DNA of 64,000 nucleotides from Calditrichia bacterium (GCA_050633245.1 JBOEGD010000009.1:273839-337838); one strand, 5' to 3'. Shown: positions 42,589-53,654, counted from the stretch's first letter. The notes: generated from the letters alone by a model not told the origin. A program made the numbers and translations.

Positions 42589-43029
42589 CGCTTTAAATTT
42601 GTCAAATATAAACTTGCAGCGATTATCACAACCGCTAAACCGTTTCCGAACTAGGTTTTACAAGATTACGGACGATCAGTGACATACCGCCAGTGCAGCG
42701 ACGTTTACGTAGATTTTCACATTCTAAAACGGAAGCTGCCGCCCACCGCAACACCGGTTTACACCATCCGTGAAATTATCCAGTATGAAGCAACTGTATA
42801 CGTTTTCGAGCATATTTATTGGATATTTATGCTACATTTGCTTTATTTAGCTGGCACTCTGACGTCTATAATCTACGAAATATGCTTTGCATCAATTATT
42901 CACTCGTTAAACATCTCTATCCTAAAGAGGGTAAAAAAACTGCTTTACCTTAAGATTGGCAATGACACAATACGGCTCTTGGCGAGTCGATAAATAGTAA
43001 GCAATATAACTGACAGTCGGTATTATAAA

Positions 43030-46000
43030 ATGACGCGTTCGAGGAAAGACACTCCAAAACCAGAGTTAACCAGAAATCCGCTTTTTCAGCGCTGGATCTC
43101 TGATTTCCCTGACCTCACTGCCCATATTCACGAAAAAGAATGGGCGGGGTTCTTCCAGTACATCATTCTGGCACTGGCCGGGAAACGTACGGAGCGTCTC
43201 TATCGGTTTCTAGACTTCTATCTCCCCCGTTTAATTCGAAACGACATTCCAAGCAAGCGTGTTCTGGAGAGCTTAACCAGCTTGCGTGCACTTTTCCTGG
43301 CAGAAATCCCTCAGTCGCTCTCTGTTGAAAAGCGAGATCGCGTTGCCGGTCAGATACTGGATCACTTCGATTCGGTCTTGCTATTTACCCAGGAAAAATT
43401 TCTTCGCTGTGCCGAGCCGGAAATGAATTATCTCAATCATCATCACGAGGGACAGCTTGCAAAATTGAAGACCATGGCCTTCCATGTACGCGGACGTCGC
43501 TTCTCTGGACAGGGCTACCAAAACCCGGCTTTCCATCAGTGGACGGATACCGATCCCAGCGAACATATTGCACGTGCGGTTTGGGAAGTTATTATTCATC
43601 CGGATGATTATCTTGTACTGCAATCCCGATTGCGAGAGATGATCGAATCGCAGCAGGCAATATACGAATTAAACTACCGTTTGAAGAACCACAAAGGAGA
43701 CTGGGAGCACGTTGTTGAACTCGGCCGTATTCTTTATGATGAATCGCGCAGAGTGGAAGCATTTATCGGCGTAATTACGGTGGCTAGTGCCTCATCGCAG
43801 CATCTGATTCAGGACTTTGAGTTAGCCAATATCTTTCGTTTCCTGCTGGACGATCAGAAAGACCTGGCCATGCTGCTGGATATGGAAGGTCGCATCCTGT
43901 TTGCAACTCCCAGATTAAACCCTTATTTAAAGACAGAGAACAACATTGACCTTGCCTTAACCGATCACATTTTCTTCGACTTGCTGGACAGAGATAATAA
44001 GATCGTAGCGCGCCGCTCTTGGGAACAGTTTCTCGAGCATCCGCAGGATGGCCGGAAAATGCTGTTAAAGTTACGTGATCGCAATAAACAAACACGAATT
44101 ATTGAGTTCAGCTACCAGTCGGTATACAGCTCATTTAAGAAAAAGCTAATTTGCCTTTCCGGTAAAGCAATAGCCAAGCGCAGTAGCAGTGAGGTGTATC
44201 TGGAGCAAAGCTCAACCTTGCTAAATCTGTTCATGGACAATGAGTCTCCCGAAAAGCAGCAGTATCAAAAAATGCTGGATATTGCTCTTAAGTTAATTCC
44301 GGGTGCTCAATTCGCGACCCTGCTTCAAAAAAATCATCTTGGCTATATATTCACTGCCGGTGTTGGATTCGAAACGGCTCCGCTTCAAGATCTGGTGCTG
44401 CTCGACAAAACGACCGTTCGCAAATTAAAGTCGCTGGATGAAATTTCGGGTATTGATGATACCGTAAAGCGAATTACGATGCGCGAGGTTCGCGAAGAAC
44501 TGTACAGCGCCCTGCCAGAGGCCCGGCGTGAGCTGATTCTGAATCAGGGACGAATTGCTTCTGCCAATGAGTTGCTTGCAGGTAAAATTTTTGTGCGCGG
44601 AGAATCTCATAGTCTAATCGTGCTTGGAACTGTCGGAGAAGAAAATCACTTCACCGAAAACGACCTTTTTCTTTTGCAACTTCTAACAAAGCAAGCGTCG
44701 CTCCTGTTGGGTCATTCCATTCTGGGCAAAGATCTCATAGAAGCAACGCGCAACTATAGCCAGTTGTTGCAGCACGCTCCTGTCGCCTGCTTTGTTATCC
44801 AGGACAATCGCATTCAGTCATTTAACCCGTTTTTCAAAGACATGCTCGGATACGGTCGCGACGAAATGTTAGTCCGAGACTTGTGGAGACATTTGCACCC
44901 GGATGACTTACAGCGTTTCCAAATGGATATTGCAGCTGTTACCGATCGCTATAGCGTGATGGACATGGAAATTCGCTTGATAGACAAGCAAAAACAGGAA
45001 CTGTTTTGCAATGGAACGTTATTGAATGTGCAGCTGAACGGCCAGCCGGCTGTTTTGTGTATCGCTTTCGACCAAAGTAAGGTAAAGGTGCTGGAAGAGC
45101 AACTCTCAGCACAAAATCGCGGAGAAGCAGATTCTGCAATGCTGGCCGGAATTGCCCATGATTTCAACAATATTTTAGGAACGGTCATTCCTGCATCTCA
45201 GCTTATCATGAAGCGCCCTCGTTCCTCAAAAACTCACAATCGGGCCAAAATCATCTTTATGATGGCGCAACGCGCCTACCAAATGAATCAGGGGTTGTTG
45301 AAACTTCCTGAGCGTGAAAGCAAAGAAGGGCTGGAAAAAGTAGATATCACCATGCTTATGCGCGATAATCATAAGACTTTTCGCAGAATTCTTGGTGAGT
45401 CTGTGAAGCTGGAATACGATTTAACCGACAAGCCAATGCCTATCGAAGGCGATTATAAACAACTTGTTCAGGCATTGATAAATCTATTGATTAATGCACG
45501 CGAGGCCATGCCGGAGGGTGGTATCGTAACGGTAGGCTGCTCCACTCAACAGATAAAAGAGCAGGATGGCACGTCGGGAGAATTTCATACTGTAGAACAT
45601 GTCGTCATTTCGATTCAGGATACCGGACGAGGTGTTCCGGCAGATATTCGGACCAAAATATACGATCCCTTCTTTACAACAAAACCGAAAGGTCGCGGTG
45701 CCGGTCTTGGCTTAAGTATTGTGCAGCGTATTGTGAAACATCATCACGGTTCAATACTCCTTAATGGAAATGGCACAGGCACGACTTTTAAGATTTCCTT
45801 ACCCCTACTTCAAGAGAAGAAACCAGATATTCTGACAAAAAATGGCAGCAATGGAACCGCTACCAATTCAAATGGCAAAGCGGCGACAAACGGTACGGTG
45901 CCCAAAAACGGTACGCCAGCTGGAAAAATTCTGGTAGTTGATGATGAGCAGTATTTGCGTGAGGTGTTTGTCAGCATGCTAAAACTGAACGGCTATGGCT

Positions 46001-46320
46001 GCTTTGAAGCCTCCTCCGGAGCACAAGCCATTGCCCTTTATACGCAGCGTCAAGATGAAATTGATCTCATAATTCTCGACTATGCTATGCCGGGCATGTC
46101 TGGGGCAGAAGTGTATAAAAAGCTGAAAGAGATTAATCCAAAAGCCAGAATAATGCTTTGTACCGGCTATGCGGATCAAAAAGAAATATCAGGTTTTATA
46201 AACAATGGTGAGATGGAGTATCTTCCAAAGCCATTCACTATTGAAATATTGAGTAAGAAAGTTAAACGCGCACTAAAACCGCGACGTACGCTTCAGCAAA
46301 ACAAAGACCGCGAGCAATAG
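43030..46320 (+). CDS. Cytoplasmic hybrid histidine kinase (helical N-domain, PAS, GAF-like, PAS, HisKA, HATPase, REC)
   Basis: IHPDD and LHPDD PAS motifs, AGIAHDFNNIL, NAREAM, DTGRG, FFTTK, GAGLGL, ILDYAMP. Confidence 0.9.
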   Translation: MTRSRKDTPKPELTRNPLFQRWISDFPDLTAHIHEKEWAGFFQYIILALAGKRTERLYRFLDFYLPRLIRNDIPSKRVLESLTSLRALFLAEIPQSLSVEKRDRVAGQILDHFDSVLLFTQEKFLRCAEPEMNYLNHHHEGQLAKLKTMAFHVRGRRFSGQGYQNPAFHQWTDTDPSEHIARAVWEVIIHPDDYLVLQSRLREMIESQQAIYELNYRLKNHKGDWEHVVELGRILYDESRRVEAFIGVITVASASSQHLIQDFELANIFRFLLDDQKDLAMLLDMEGRILFATPRLNPYLKTENNIDLALTDHIFFDLLDRDNKIVARRSWEQFLEHPQDGRKMLLKLRDRNKQTRIIEFSYQSVYSSFKKKLICLSGKAIAKRSSSEVYLEQSSTLLNLFMDNESPEKQQYQKMLDIALKLIPGAQFATLLQKNHLGYIFTAGVGFETAPLQDLVLLDKTTVRKLKSLDEISGIDDTVKRITMREVREELYSALPEARRELILNQGRIASANELLAGKIFVRGESHSLIVLGTVGEENHFTENDLFLLQLLTKQASLLLGHSILGKDLIEATRNYSQLLQHAPVACFVIQDNRIQSFNPFFKDMLGYGRDEMLVRDLWRHLHPDDLQRFQMDIAAVTDRYSVMDMEIRLIDKQKQELFCNGTLLNVQLNGQPAVLCIAFDQSKVKVLEEQLSAQNRGEADSAMLAGIAHDFNNILGTVIPASQLIMKRPRSSKTHNRAKIIFMMAQRAYQMNQGLLKLPERESKEGLEKVDITMLMRDNHKTFRRILGESVKLEYDLTDKPMPIEGDYKQLVQALINLLINAREAMPEGGIVTVGCSTQQIKEQDGTSGEFHTVEHVVISIQDTGRGVPADIRTKIYDPFFTTKPKGRGAGLGLSIVQRIVKHHHGSILLNGNGTGTTFKISLPLLQEKKPDILTKNGSNGTATNSNGKAATNGTVPKNGTPAGKILVVDDEQYLREVFVSMLKLNGYGCFEASSGAQAIALYTQRQDEIDLIILDYAMPGMSGAEVYKKLKEINPKARIMLCTGYADQKEISGFINNGEMEYLPKPFTIEILSKKVKRALKPRRTLQQNKDREQ

Positions 46321-46379
46321 AGCTTACCAGCGAAACATCTTTTTTGACAAAATAATATAAGTTTTCAGTGGACTTTTGC

Positions 46380-46408
46380 TTGCATAAACGACTGTATTCG
46401 CTTATTAT
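46380..46408 (+). promoter_or_regulatory. Candidate sigma70 promoter
   Basis: TTGCAT-N17-TATTAT, about 410 nt upstream of the AP2-like gene. Confidence 0.45.
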
Positions 46409-46740
46409 TTTACTCAGCACTTTCCACTGTAGCTGATTAGTAAAACCTAATAACAGCAATACATCTCAAACTCGGCAGCATCAATCGAGTCTCAGTAGAT
46501 CTGTTTCGTTTTGCTGTTACAAAGAGTCTGAACGTCCGTTATGCGTTCTACGTTCAGTACAAACTCCATCCAACCGGCAGGCTACCCTGACGCGCCCCAG
46601 GCGCCTGGCCCGGACGACCGGTATATGTACCGGATGATGCTCACCCATCAGTCAATATTATATGGCGCGACGTCTTTAGATAAGACCGTTGTAAATCTAT
46701 GTATTCTCTGGAAATACCAACAGAGTCTGCGGCTCTGTAC
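46408..46740 (+). ncRNA. Candidate structured RNA or long leader
   Basis: A consecutive series of inverted repeats (detailed in findings). Confidence 0.4.
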
Positions 46741-46819
46741 ACTTTTCCGACACGTATACTTCTACCGCAGATATTAATTCGGTTATCATTTACACTTAGC
46801 ATTATGGAGAAACCTTCAA

Positions 46820-47800
46820 ATGAACTTTAGCCAGTCAAAGTCTTCTTCCGAGGACCATGGAGTTGAGCTGGCAGAGGTTATGAAATGGGCGAAAGACAAG
46901 ACGAAAGATAACACACTTGGGTTGCGTTTTATCGTACGTCGTAAGGATGGAAACTTTTGGTATGTGCAAATTCGTGTCATGGTAGACGGCAAGCGTCGTT
47001 TTATGCAGGGAAAATCGTTTTATGACAAAGATTTCTCTTCATATCAAAAATCATTTGATGCCGCTGTAAGCTATCGCGACATCGAAGCACCACGTTTTTT
47101 TGCCGAAGTTGGCTATGACCCAACGCTTAGAACGCGCCCCAAAAAGCCACCGAGGCAACCGAAATTCACAAAGCGCAAGGAAGCTAAAAGCGGACTTCTT
47201 TCTAATATTCACTACATTCACCTTTACAAAAGAGGCGGTAAATATACACGCTGTGTACTTGAAGTTACCGTTAACATTCGCGGGAATAAATATCACTCAA
47301 CGGCTTACTCTTATGCTTTTTCAAAGTATGGCGGAAAAGAACAGTCAATAAAGATAGCCAAACAAGACCGCAATAAACTTGCAAAGCTTGTACAGCAAAA
47401 AGCCATGGAGTTGAACAACGAAGCAACGAAGAGCCCGTCAGAGATCCGCGATATCATCAAGGCTATAAAAATCAATCGCACGCCACCCTTTACCGAACGC
47501 GATCCGGATAAATTTGTAAAGCGTTCAACGAGCGATAATTATTGGATCGTTGCGGTAAGAAAAAAGATCTGGGGAATTTATCATCGCGCCGGAAACCGCC
47601 GTTTCTACGACGAGGACTATGGCGGAGCCCATAAAAGCAAAATTGCTGCGCGAAAGTTCGCCGACCTGATGGAAACAGGCATCATAAATGAATTCAAAAG
47701 ACTACGCAGCAGCAAAATAAGCAGTCAGGATAAAATACGCGAGCGCTTCAAAGAAGTAGTATCCCGCGTTATCAGCGATTTTGAACAGGAGTCTCGCTGA
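46820..47800 (+). CDS. Basic protein with three AP2-like DNA-binding repeats
   Basis: Three beta-beta-beta-alpha-like units ending KSFYDKDF...SFDAAVSYRD, YAFSKYGGKEQSIKIAKQDR, RRFYDEDYGGAHKSKIAARKF; GGAGA RBS. Confidence 0.62.
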   Translation: MNFSQSKSSSEDHGVELAEVMKWAKDKTKDNTLGLRFIVRRKDGNFWYVQIRVMVDGKRRFMQGKSFYDKDFSSYQKSFDAAVSYRDIEAPRFFAEVGYDPTLRTRPKKPPRQPKFTKRKEAKSGLLSNIHYIHLYKRGGKYTRCVLEVTVNIRGNKYHSTAYSYAFSKYGGKEQSIKIAKQDRNKLAKLVQQKAMELNNEATKSPSEIRDIIKAIKINRTPPFTERDPDKFVKRSTSDNYWIVAVRKKIWGIYHRAGNRRFYDEDYGGAHKSKIAARKFADLMETGIINEFKRLRSSKISSQDKIRERFKEVVSRVISDFEQESR

Positions 47801-47802
47801 TT

Positions 47803-49380
47803 TTACAGCGGGATATTCCCATGCTTTTTCGGAGGATTTTTATCCACCTTGGTTTGCAAGAGCTCGAGCGCACGACAAATTCGCTTGCGAGTATTCTGAG
47901 GCTCAATTACCTCGTCTATATAACCATGCTCTGCAGCAAGGTAGGGATTGGCAAACTTATCGCGATATTCTGTTTCTTTTTCCGCAAGTGCTTTCTCAGG
48001 ATCATCCGCACTGGCAATTTCACGTTTGAAGATAATCTCTGCAGCTCCCTTGGGACCCATAACGGCAATCTCCGCAGATGGCCAGGCGTAATTGACGTCT
48101 GCCCGAATATGTTTTGAACTCATCACATCGTAGGCTCCACCATAGGCCTTGCGCAGAATTAACGTTATCTTCGGCACTGTCGCTTCACAGAAAGCATAGA
48201 GCAGTTTCGCACCATGCTTAATAATGCCATTCCATTCCTGCACCGTTCCCGGTAAGAAGCCCGGTACGTCAACAAGCGTAACAAGCGGTATATTAAATGC
48301 ATCGCAGAAGCGCACGAAACGCGCAGCTTTTAGTGACGCATCAATATCGAGAACACCAGCGAGCACCGCCGGCTGATTTGCAACGATGCCAATTGGAAAT
48401 CCATTCATGCGGGCAAACCCAACGACAATATTACCGGCATAGGCCTCATGAATTTCAAAAAAGTCTGCATCATCAACAACCTTTGCAATTACCTCTTTTA
48501 CATCGTATGGCTTTCCAGGGTTATCCGGGACTATGGTAAGCAGGTCGGCATCCTCACGAGCAGGATCGTCATTAGACGACATCCGCGGTGGCATATCTGC
48601 ATTATTCAGCGGCAGGAAGCCCACCAATTTGCGAAGTCGCTGTAGGCAATCGACATCGTTTCTGGCAACCAGATGAGCGACACCACTTTTTGCAGCATGA
48701 GTTCTTGCGCCACCAAGATCATCGAAAGACACTTCTTCATGTGTAACCGTTTTCACCACATTCGGTCCTGTAACAAACATATGGCTTGTGTCTTGCACCA
48801 TGAAGATAAAGTCGGTTATTGCGGGAGAATAGACTGCACCGCCGGCGCAGGGGCCCATAACGGCGGAAATTTGGGGTACCACGCCACTTGCGAGGGTATT
48901 GCGAAGGAAGATGTCTGCATACGCTCCAAGGCTTACCACCCCCTCTTGAATGCGCGCACCGCCACTATCGTTTAATCCGATAACCGGAATGCCGATTTTC
49001 ATTGCCATGTCCATCAGCTTGCAAATTTTGCGGGAATGTGCTTCGGACAGGCTGCCGCCAAAAACCGTAAAGTCCTGACTAAAAACACAAACCATGCGAC
49101 CATCGATGCGACCGGTACCAACAACAACGCTGTCTCCAAGGAATCGCTGTTTATCAAGTCCGAAATCCGTAGTATGATGTCGAACCAACATGTCAATTTC
49201 TTCAAAGCTGTCTTCATCCAAAAGAACTTCAATACGTTCGCGTGCTGTAAGCTTACCGCGATCATGCATTTTTTTTATACGAGATTCTCCCCCGCCCTGC
49301 TTTGCTTCTTCACGTAATGCCTTTAACTGATCAATCTTTTCCTGCATGCCCGGGTGAGCGCCATCCTTTTTGTTAGCCAC
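47803..49380 (-). CDS. pccB: Acyl-CoA carboxylase carboxyltransferase (beta) subunit (PccB/MmdA type)
   Basis: [64 protein letters not shown]. Confidence 0.93.
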   Translation of the reverse strand: MANKKDGAHPGMQEKIDQLKALREEAKQGGGESRIKKMHDRGKLTARERIEVLLDEDSFEEIDMLVRHHTTDFGLDKQRFLGDSVVVGTGRIDGRMVCVFSQDFTVFGGSLSEAHSRKICKLMDMAMKIGIPVIGLNDSGGARIQEGVVSLGAYADIFLRNTLASGVVPQISAVMGPCAGGAVYSPAITDFIFMVQDTSHMFVTGPNVVKTVTHEEVSFDDLGGARTHAAKSGVAHLVARNDVDCLQRLRKLVGFLPLNNADMPPRMSSNDDPAREDADLLTIVPDNPGKPYDVKEVIAKVVDDADFFEIHEAYAGNIVVGFARMNGFPIGIVANQPAVLAGVLDIDASLKAARFVRFCDAFNIPLVTLVDVPGFLPGTVQEWNGIIKHGAKLLYAFCEATVPKITLILRKAYGGAYDVMSSKHIRADVNYAWPSAEIAVMGPKGAAEIIFKREIASADDPEKALAEKETEYRDKFANPYLAAEHGYIDEVIEPQNTRKRICRALELLQTKVDKNPPKKHGNIPL

Positions 49381-49507
49381 AGTTTTGCCTCTCGTATGTT
49401 ACCAATGTCCGGTAGTCTATATAAAGCTTGCGAATATATTGAAAAGAACTTGTAGAATATTAGCACAACCACAGGCATTTAAGCAAGCACTCTGTAACGA
49501 TTTTCAC

Positions 49508-49542
49508 AAAAAAAGCCCTGTTCAAAAACGAACAGGGCTTTT
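49508..49542 (-). terminator. Intrinsic terminator after the Omp85-like gene
   Basis: AAAAGCCCTGTTC-N6-GAACAGGGCTTTT. Confidence 0.8.
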
Positions 49543-49571
49543 CAAAAATCAATTAGCACTTTAATAACGGC

Positions 49572-52500
49572 TTATAAATCTCCGCCTAGCGAGAAGTACC
49601 ATATCGGTTTACTGGAACGGTTCAGATTGTAGTTCCAGGCGACGTCAATTCGCAACAGGAAGTAGAGAAAATACACTCTGGCTCCGACGCCATATCCGCT
49701 ACTGACATTTTTAAACACACGATTTCCAAACTCATTAATCTCGGTTCCTCGCCAGCTCGAATTAGCAGTATACCAGCTGTCTCCCCGATTCCACGTTGTT
49801 CCAATATCGTAGAACATCGTTCCACGGATATTAAAGAAGCGTACCGGAGGAAAACCAAGTCCAAGAAACTGGATCAGCGGAAAGCGAAATTCCATATTGG
49901 CCAGTGAATAGCGAGTTCCAATTTGTTCATAAAAATAAGCACCGCGCAATGGTGTTACAAATCGGGAGAAAAAGACATCGCCAATATCATTTGTTCGCAA
50001 ACCACCACGAGACTTGAAGTTAATCCAATTATCGATGCCGCCGAGAAAGAACAACTGCGGATCTTCACCAGCACTCGCACCGCCGGAAAAGCGCATTGCA
50101 AAGCCATAATCCCGGTTTAGCATCATGTATTTTCGATAATCGAGCGATAGCGTGGTAAACTCACGACTGTTGCTCTCGTATTTCGGACTGGCCGTAAGGC
50201 TTAGCGCATAGCGCGTTCCATCCGCCGGTCCGGTATAGCCCCAAAGTACGTTATCATGAACCAAAGACGCGGTTGGTAAAATGGTGCTCACGCGCTGATC
50301 TTCGCGTTCACTCGTGATCTCCTCGCGCGAGACATTATACCAATTCACATCAAATTCCATGCGCTTAAAGCGACTAAATGGATAAGCGGCCAGAAAATTT
50401 GCACCGTAATTCCGATAGCGAACCAGCTCGCCACCGCTGTTAAACAACCAGGCAAGATGATACCCCCCAACGCCATAGCTAATGCGACGCTTTAAATAGA
50501 GGTACAACAAGCTCAGATCGCTGTTCTTTAGATCGGAGACGAGATTTATGTTCAGAAATGCCTTATGATCGCCAAGTAAATCGCTGAAGGCAAACGTCGT
50601 ATATCCGGAGAAGCCAAAGAAAGTATTATAGCCTGCGTTTCCGGTAACGATGTCGGGGCTAAATTTTAGCTTATACTTGCGGATCTTATAATTGCCTTCG
50701 GTATCCTGATAGGTATTCTCAGCAAGTTCTACCTGCTCGGTCTTCTCTTCCTGCTTTTTTGCACGATAGCGATTGAATACATAGTTGCTATAATCAGCAA
50801 CCTGAGCATCGCCAAGGTTTTCGGCAGACAAACTGTCATCTGATTCAGGCTTCCAAAGCCTGGCGTAAACCGGTAGTTTTTCACTACGCATCTCATTAAC
50901 AAATTGGGTATTACTCAGCTCCTGGGCCTTCAACTCAAGTGGATTATTCATCAGAAAGATGTCGTAGCCGCCATTACTAAACGACACGTAAACCATCTTG
51001 TTTGCGCTTCTGTCCCAATCAATCTGCAGAATGCCCGAGATAATATTGGTTACCGCACTGGCAGAATCTGCTGCAAGATCATGCAGAAAGAGATTGGAGA
51101 TACCATTGCTTTCCGAGATGTATGCAATGGACTCATCGCCGGGAGCATACTTTGGATTATTCTCTTCCCATGGCGTATCGGTGATACGCGTAATCTGCCC
51201 GGTCTCAAGCTCTATCGTATACACATCACGCGTATAATCGAACTTTGCCATATTAAAGTCTTCAGGAAGATCCGCATCGCTTACATAGTCTTTGCGATCG
51301 GAAACAAACGTCAGGTAGCGCCCATCAGAAGACCACGATGGATTATCATCGGTAAATACGTCATTGGTATGACGCATAACCTCAGCTGATTTTAAGTTCA
51401 GAGTGAACACATCACTGCGCTCATCCTTATTTCCTATAAAAGCAATGCTGCTTCCATCGGGAGACCAGCTGGTGGTAAATGCACCATCAAGGTCCAGTTT
51501 AAACGTCTCGATATCCCCACTTTTTATATCCACGATATAGATTGCGTCTTTCGGTCCGGCCTTGGCAGAGAAAACGATCTTTTTTCCATCCGGACTAAAG
51601 CTGATACCGGGGCGTAAGAAATGAAGCTCTTCAAAACTCTCAGAGCGATTGCCCTTCACCAGAGTCTTCAGAATTTTCCCGTCAATCGCAGACATCAGAT
51701 AAATATTCTGGTAGCCATTGCGATCGGAGATAAAAGCAATTTTATCACCATTGGGTGAAATTGCCGGGCTTACGTTAAGAAAGTTCGGAATCTTTCGATG
51801 AAAGGTCAGCTGTTTGCTGATTTCGGACGGTTCTTTACGATCGGAAATTTCAGGCCAGTATTGTTTGCGCAGGTAGCGATGCCAACGCTCGGTAAATTCT
51901 TCATATCCAACGCCTAGTGCAGATTTCAATACGCGTTCAAACTGAACCTTCCCGCGCATTTTTTGCAGCAGCTCGCCTATTTTACTTCGCCCGTAGGTAT
52001 GGGCGATATAGCGAAAGACAGATGCACCTCCCTGGTAAGGAAGCGCATAGTTCAAGCCGACCAGCGATGGCATATAACCATTTAACGTTGCATCGCGCAC
52101 AACCATATCCAACCGTGGATTCCAGCCTTCAGACTGAAATTCCGCCAGACCTTCAGCAAACCACAGCTGCACCGGCGTTACTTCACCAACAATCAGCGAC
52201 TGCACAGATCCACCATAAATCATGTCGTTCATTACCGCGTGCACAAGTTCATGATGAATTACGTGTCTGAACTGTTCATAGGAACCTTCGAAAGGTACAA
52301 CAATTCGATTTTTATAAAGCTCCGTTACGCCGCCCACGCCCTCTTCAAGATAAGAGATAACAACATTGGTCTGCTGCCAATCGTTGTGAGAGTTATAAAC
52401 AATAAATACGATGCGTTCCTTAATCTCATAACGCCAGTCGCGGTTAATCTGCTGATATGCTTCTTCAGCAATTTCAGCGGTAAATTCCGCAATTTCCTGA

Positions 52501-52655
52501 CCACCGTCATAAAAATACACATCAAAATGCTTTGACTGGATGTAATACCATTCAAAGTTTTTATACTGAACTTTATTTTTGCCAAATCCCATAGCGCTTT
52601 GTGTTCCAATGATCATCAAAAGCGCCAGAAGTGGCAGCAGTAAGGCTTTTCGCAT
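49572..52655 (-). CDS. Peptidase MA-like + PD40/TolB propeller + BamA/TamA (Omp85) barrel protein
   Basis: FGKNKVQY, HELVH...WFAEGLAE, SPNG/SPDG repeats, LRG, E.RFP, C-terminal YFSLGGDL. Start at MRKALLL. Confidence 0.88.
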   Translation of the reverse strand: MRKALLLPLLALLMIIGTQSAMGFGKNKVQYKNFEWYYIQSKHFDVYFYDGGQEIAEFTAEIAEEAYQQINRDWRYEIKERIVFIVYNSHNDWQQTNVVISYLEEGVGGVTELYKNRIVVPFEGSYEQFRHVIHHELVHAVMNDMIYGGSVQSLIVGEVTPVQLWFAEGLAEFQSEGWNPRLDMVVRDATLNGYMPSLVGLNYALPYQGGASVFRYIAHTYGRSKIGELLQKMRGKVQFERVLKSALGVGYEEFTERWHRYLRKQYWPEISDRKEPSEISKQLTFHRKIPNFLNVSPAISPNGDKIAFISDRNGYQNIYLMSAIDGKILKTLVKGNRSESFEELHFLRPGISFSPDGKKIVFSAKAGPKDAIYIVDIKSGDIETFKLDLDGAFTTSWSPDGSSIAFIGNKDERSDVFTLNLKSAEVMRHTNDVFTDDNPSWSSDGRYLTFVSDRKDYVSDADLPEDFNMAKFDYTRDVYTIELETGQITRITDTPWEENNPKYAPGDESIAYISESNGISNLFLHDLAADSASAVTNIISGILQIDWDRSANKMVYVSFSNGGYDIFLMNNPLELKAQELSNTQFVNEMRSEKLPVYARLWKPESDDSLSAENLGDAQVADYSNYVFNRYRAKKQEEKTEQVELAENTYQDTEGNYKIRKYKLKFSPDIVTGNAGYNTFFGFSGYTTFAFSDLLGDHKAFLNINLVSDLKNSDLSLLYLYLKRRISYGVGGYHLAWLFNSGGELVRYRNYGANFLAAYPFSRFKRMEFDVNWYNVSREEITSEREDQRVSTILPTASLVHDNVLWGYTGPADGTRYALSLTASPKYESNSREFTTLSLDYRKYMMLNRDYGFAMRFSGGASAGEDPQLFFLGGIDNWINFKSRGGLRTNDIGDVFFSRFVTPLRGAYFYEQIGTRYSLANMEFRFPLIQFLGLGFPPVRFFNIRGTMFYDIGTTWNRGDSWYTANSSWRGTEINEFGNRVFKNVSSGYGVGARVYFLYFLLRIDVAWNYNLNRSSKPIWYFSLGGDL

Positions 52656-53047
52656 AAATGGGACTCCTTCTCGAGCTCTGCAAAGATGTGTATTGCTGTA
52701 AATACAGCAATATCGAAAGGTCTTTAGAATGTAGTAACGGCGCGTTAACGCCAAAATTCGCTGATTTTATTACCCTCGGGAAACGTTGCAGTTCCCCGGA
52801 ATCTTAATTTCGATAGTTTTGTCAGATGGATAATTACTTATCATCGGAACATTCTTAACAATCCACACTAATTATATTGCTGTGTAGACAATGAACAAGC
52901 GCGTTTTATTGCGAAGGTTATATCCACGAAGTCCCGCAATTTCTCTTGCGATGAGTCAATCATGTTTATATAATGCTTCTCATTTCCGGAAGCAAACTAT
53001 TTCACGGGATTTTTCGCCTTATACCTCAATTGCAAGACAATAATATT

Positions 53048-53440
53048 ATGAGAAACTTCTATACATTATTACTGACATTTCTATTTTCCATGCCACTGTT
53101 TGTATCTGCTCAGGTGCCCAAAACAGACTTTCAGGATGTTCGCTGGGATACACTGCTGGTCAATATATCAGTTATTGAATCGCTGGTAGCAGCCGATTCC
53201 CTGAAAAGCGGCCTTATGAAAGACCTGTTCCAGCGCAGTGGTATTACAGCCGAAGATTATCGCAAATTCCATGCCTTCATAACTGCCGAATCACCAGAGA
53301 AGCAGAAAGAGTTCTTTGGCCGGGTTCGCGATATTCTGCAAATCTACATCAAAGAAAAACATTTCGAGAATTTTCCGGCGCCTCTCAGCCTGCCAGACTC
53401 ACTGTCTAAGCCCGACTCTCCGCTTCCTGTTGAAAAATAA
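53048..53440 (+). CDS. Exported hypothetical protein, DUF4296-like
   Basis: Signal peptide; LFQRSGITAEDYRK...PEK..FF.RV pattern. Confidence 0.55.
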   Translation: MRNFYTLLLTFLFSMPLFVSAQVPKTDFQDVRWDTLLVNISVIESLVAADSLKSGLMKDLFQRSGITAEDYRKFHAFITAESPEKQKEFFGRVRDILQIYIKEKHFENFPAPLSLPDSLSKPDSPLPVEK

Positions 53441-53654
53441 CATTTCCTAACACGCAAACAATACCCAATCCGGGTCATTTTGCGATTTCCCTCTGTTCGA
53501 CACATATTCGTTGTAAAATCCACCCTCTAAAAATTATTGATAACCGACACTATTCCTCTGGCAGAATCCCATAATTTTACTACCGTGTTCTTATAAGTTG
53601 AATTATTCTGCCAGTAGATAATACAGGCATCTAATCAAGAAAGCAGAGAGTCGT

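Noticed and set aside
42679-42993. 104-aa ORF or sigma54 site in the MFS-kinase divergent gap
   Set aside because: AT-rich promoter-like DNA; TGGCAC is not followed by TTGC at the -12 position.
46541-46777. 78-aa ORF upstream of the AP2-like gene
   Set aside because: No RBS, atypical composition, and it overlaps the hairpin series. It cannot be fully excluded.
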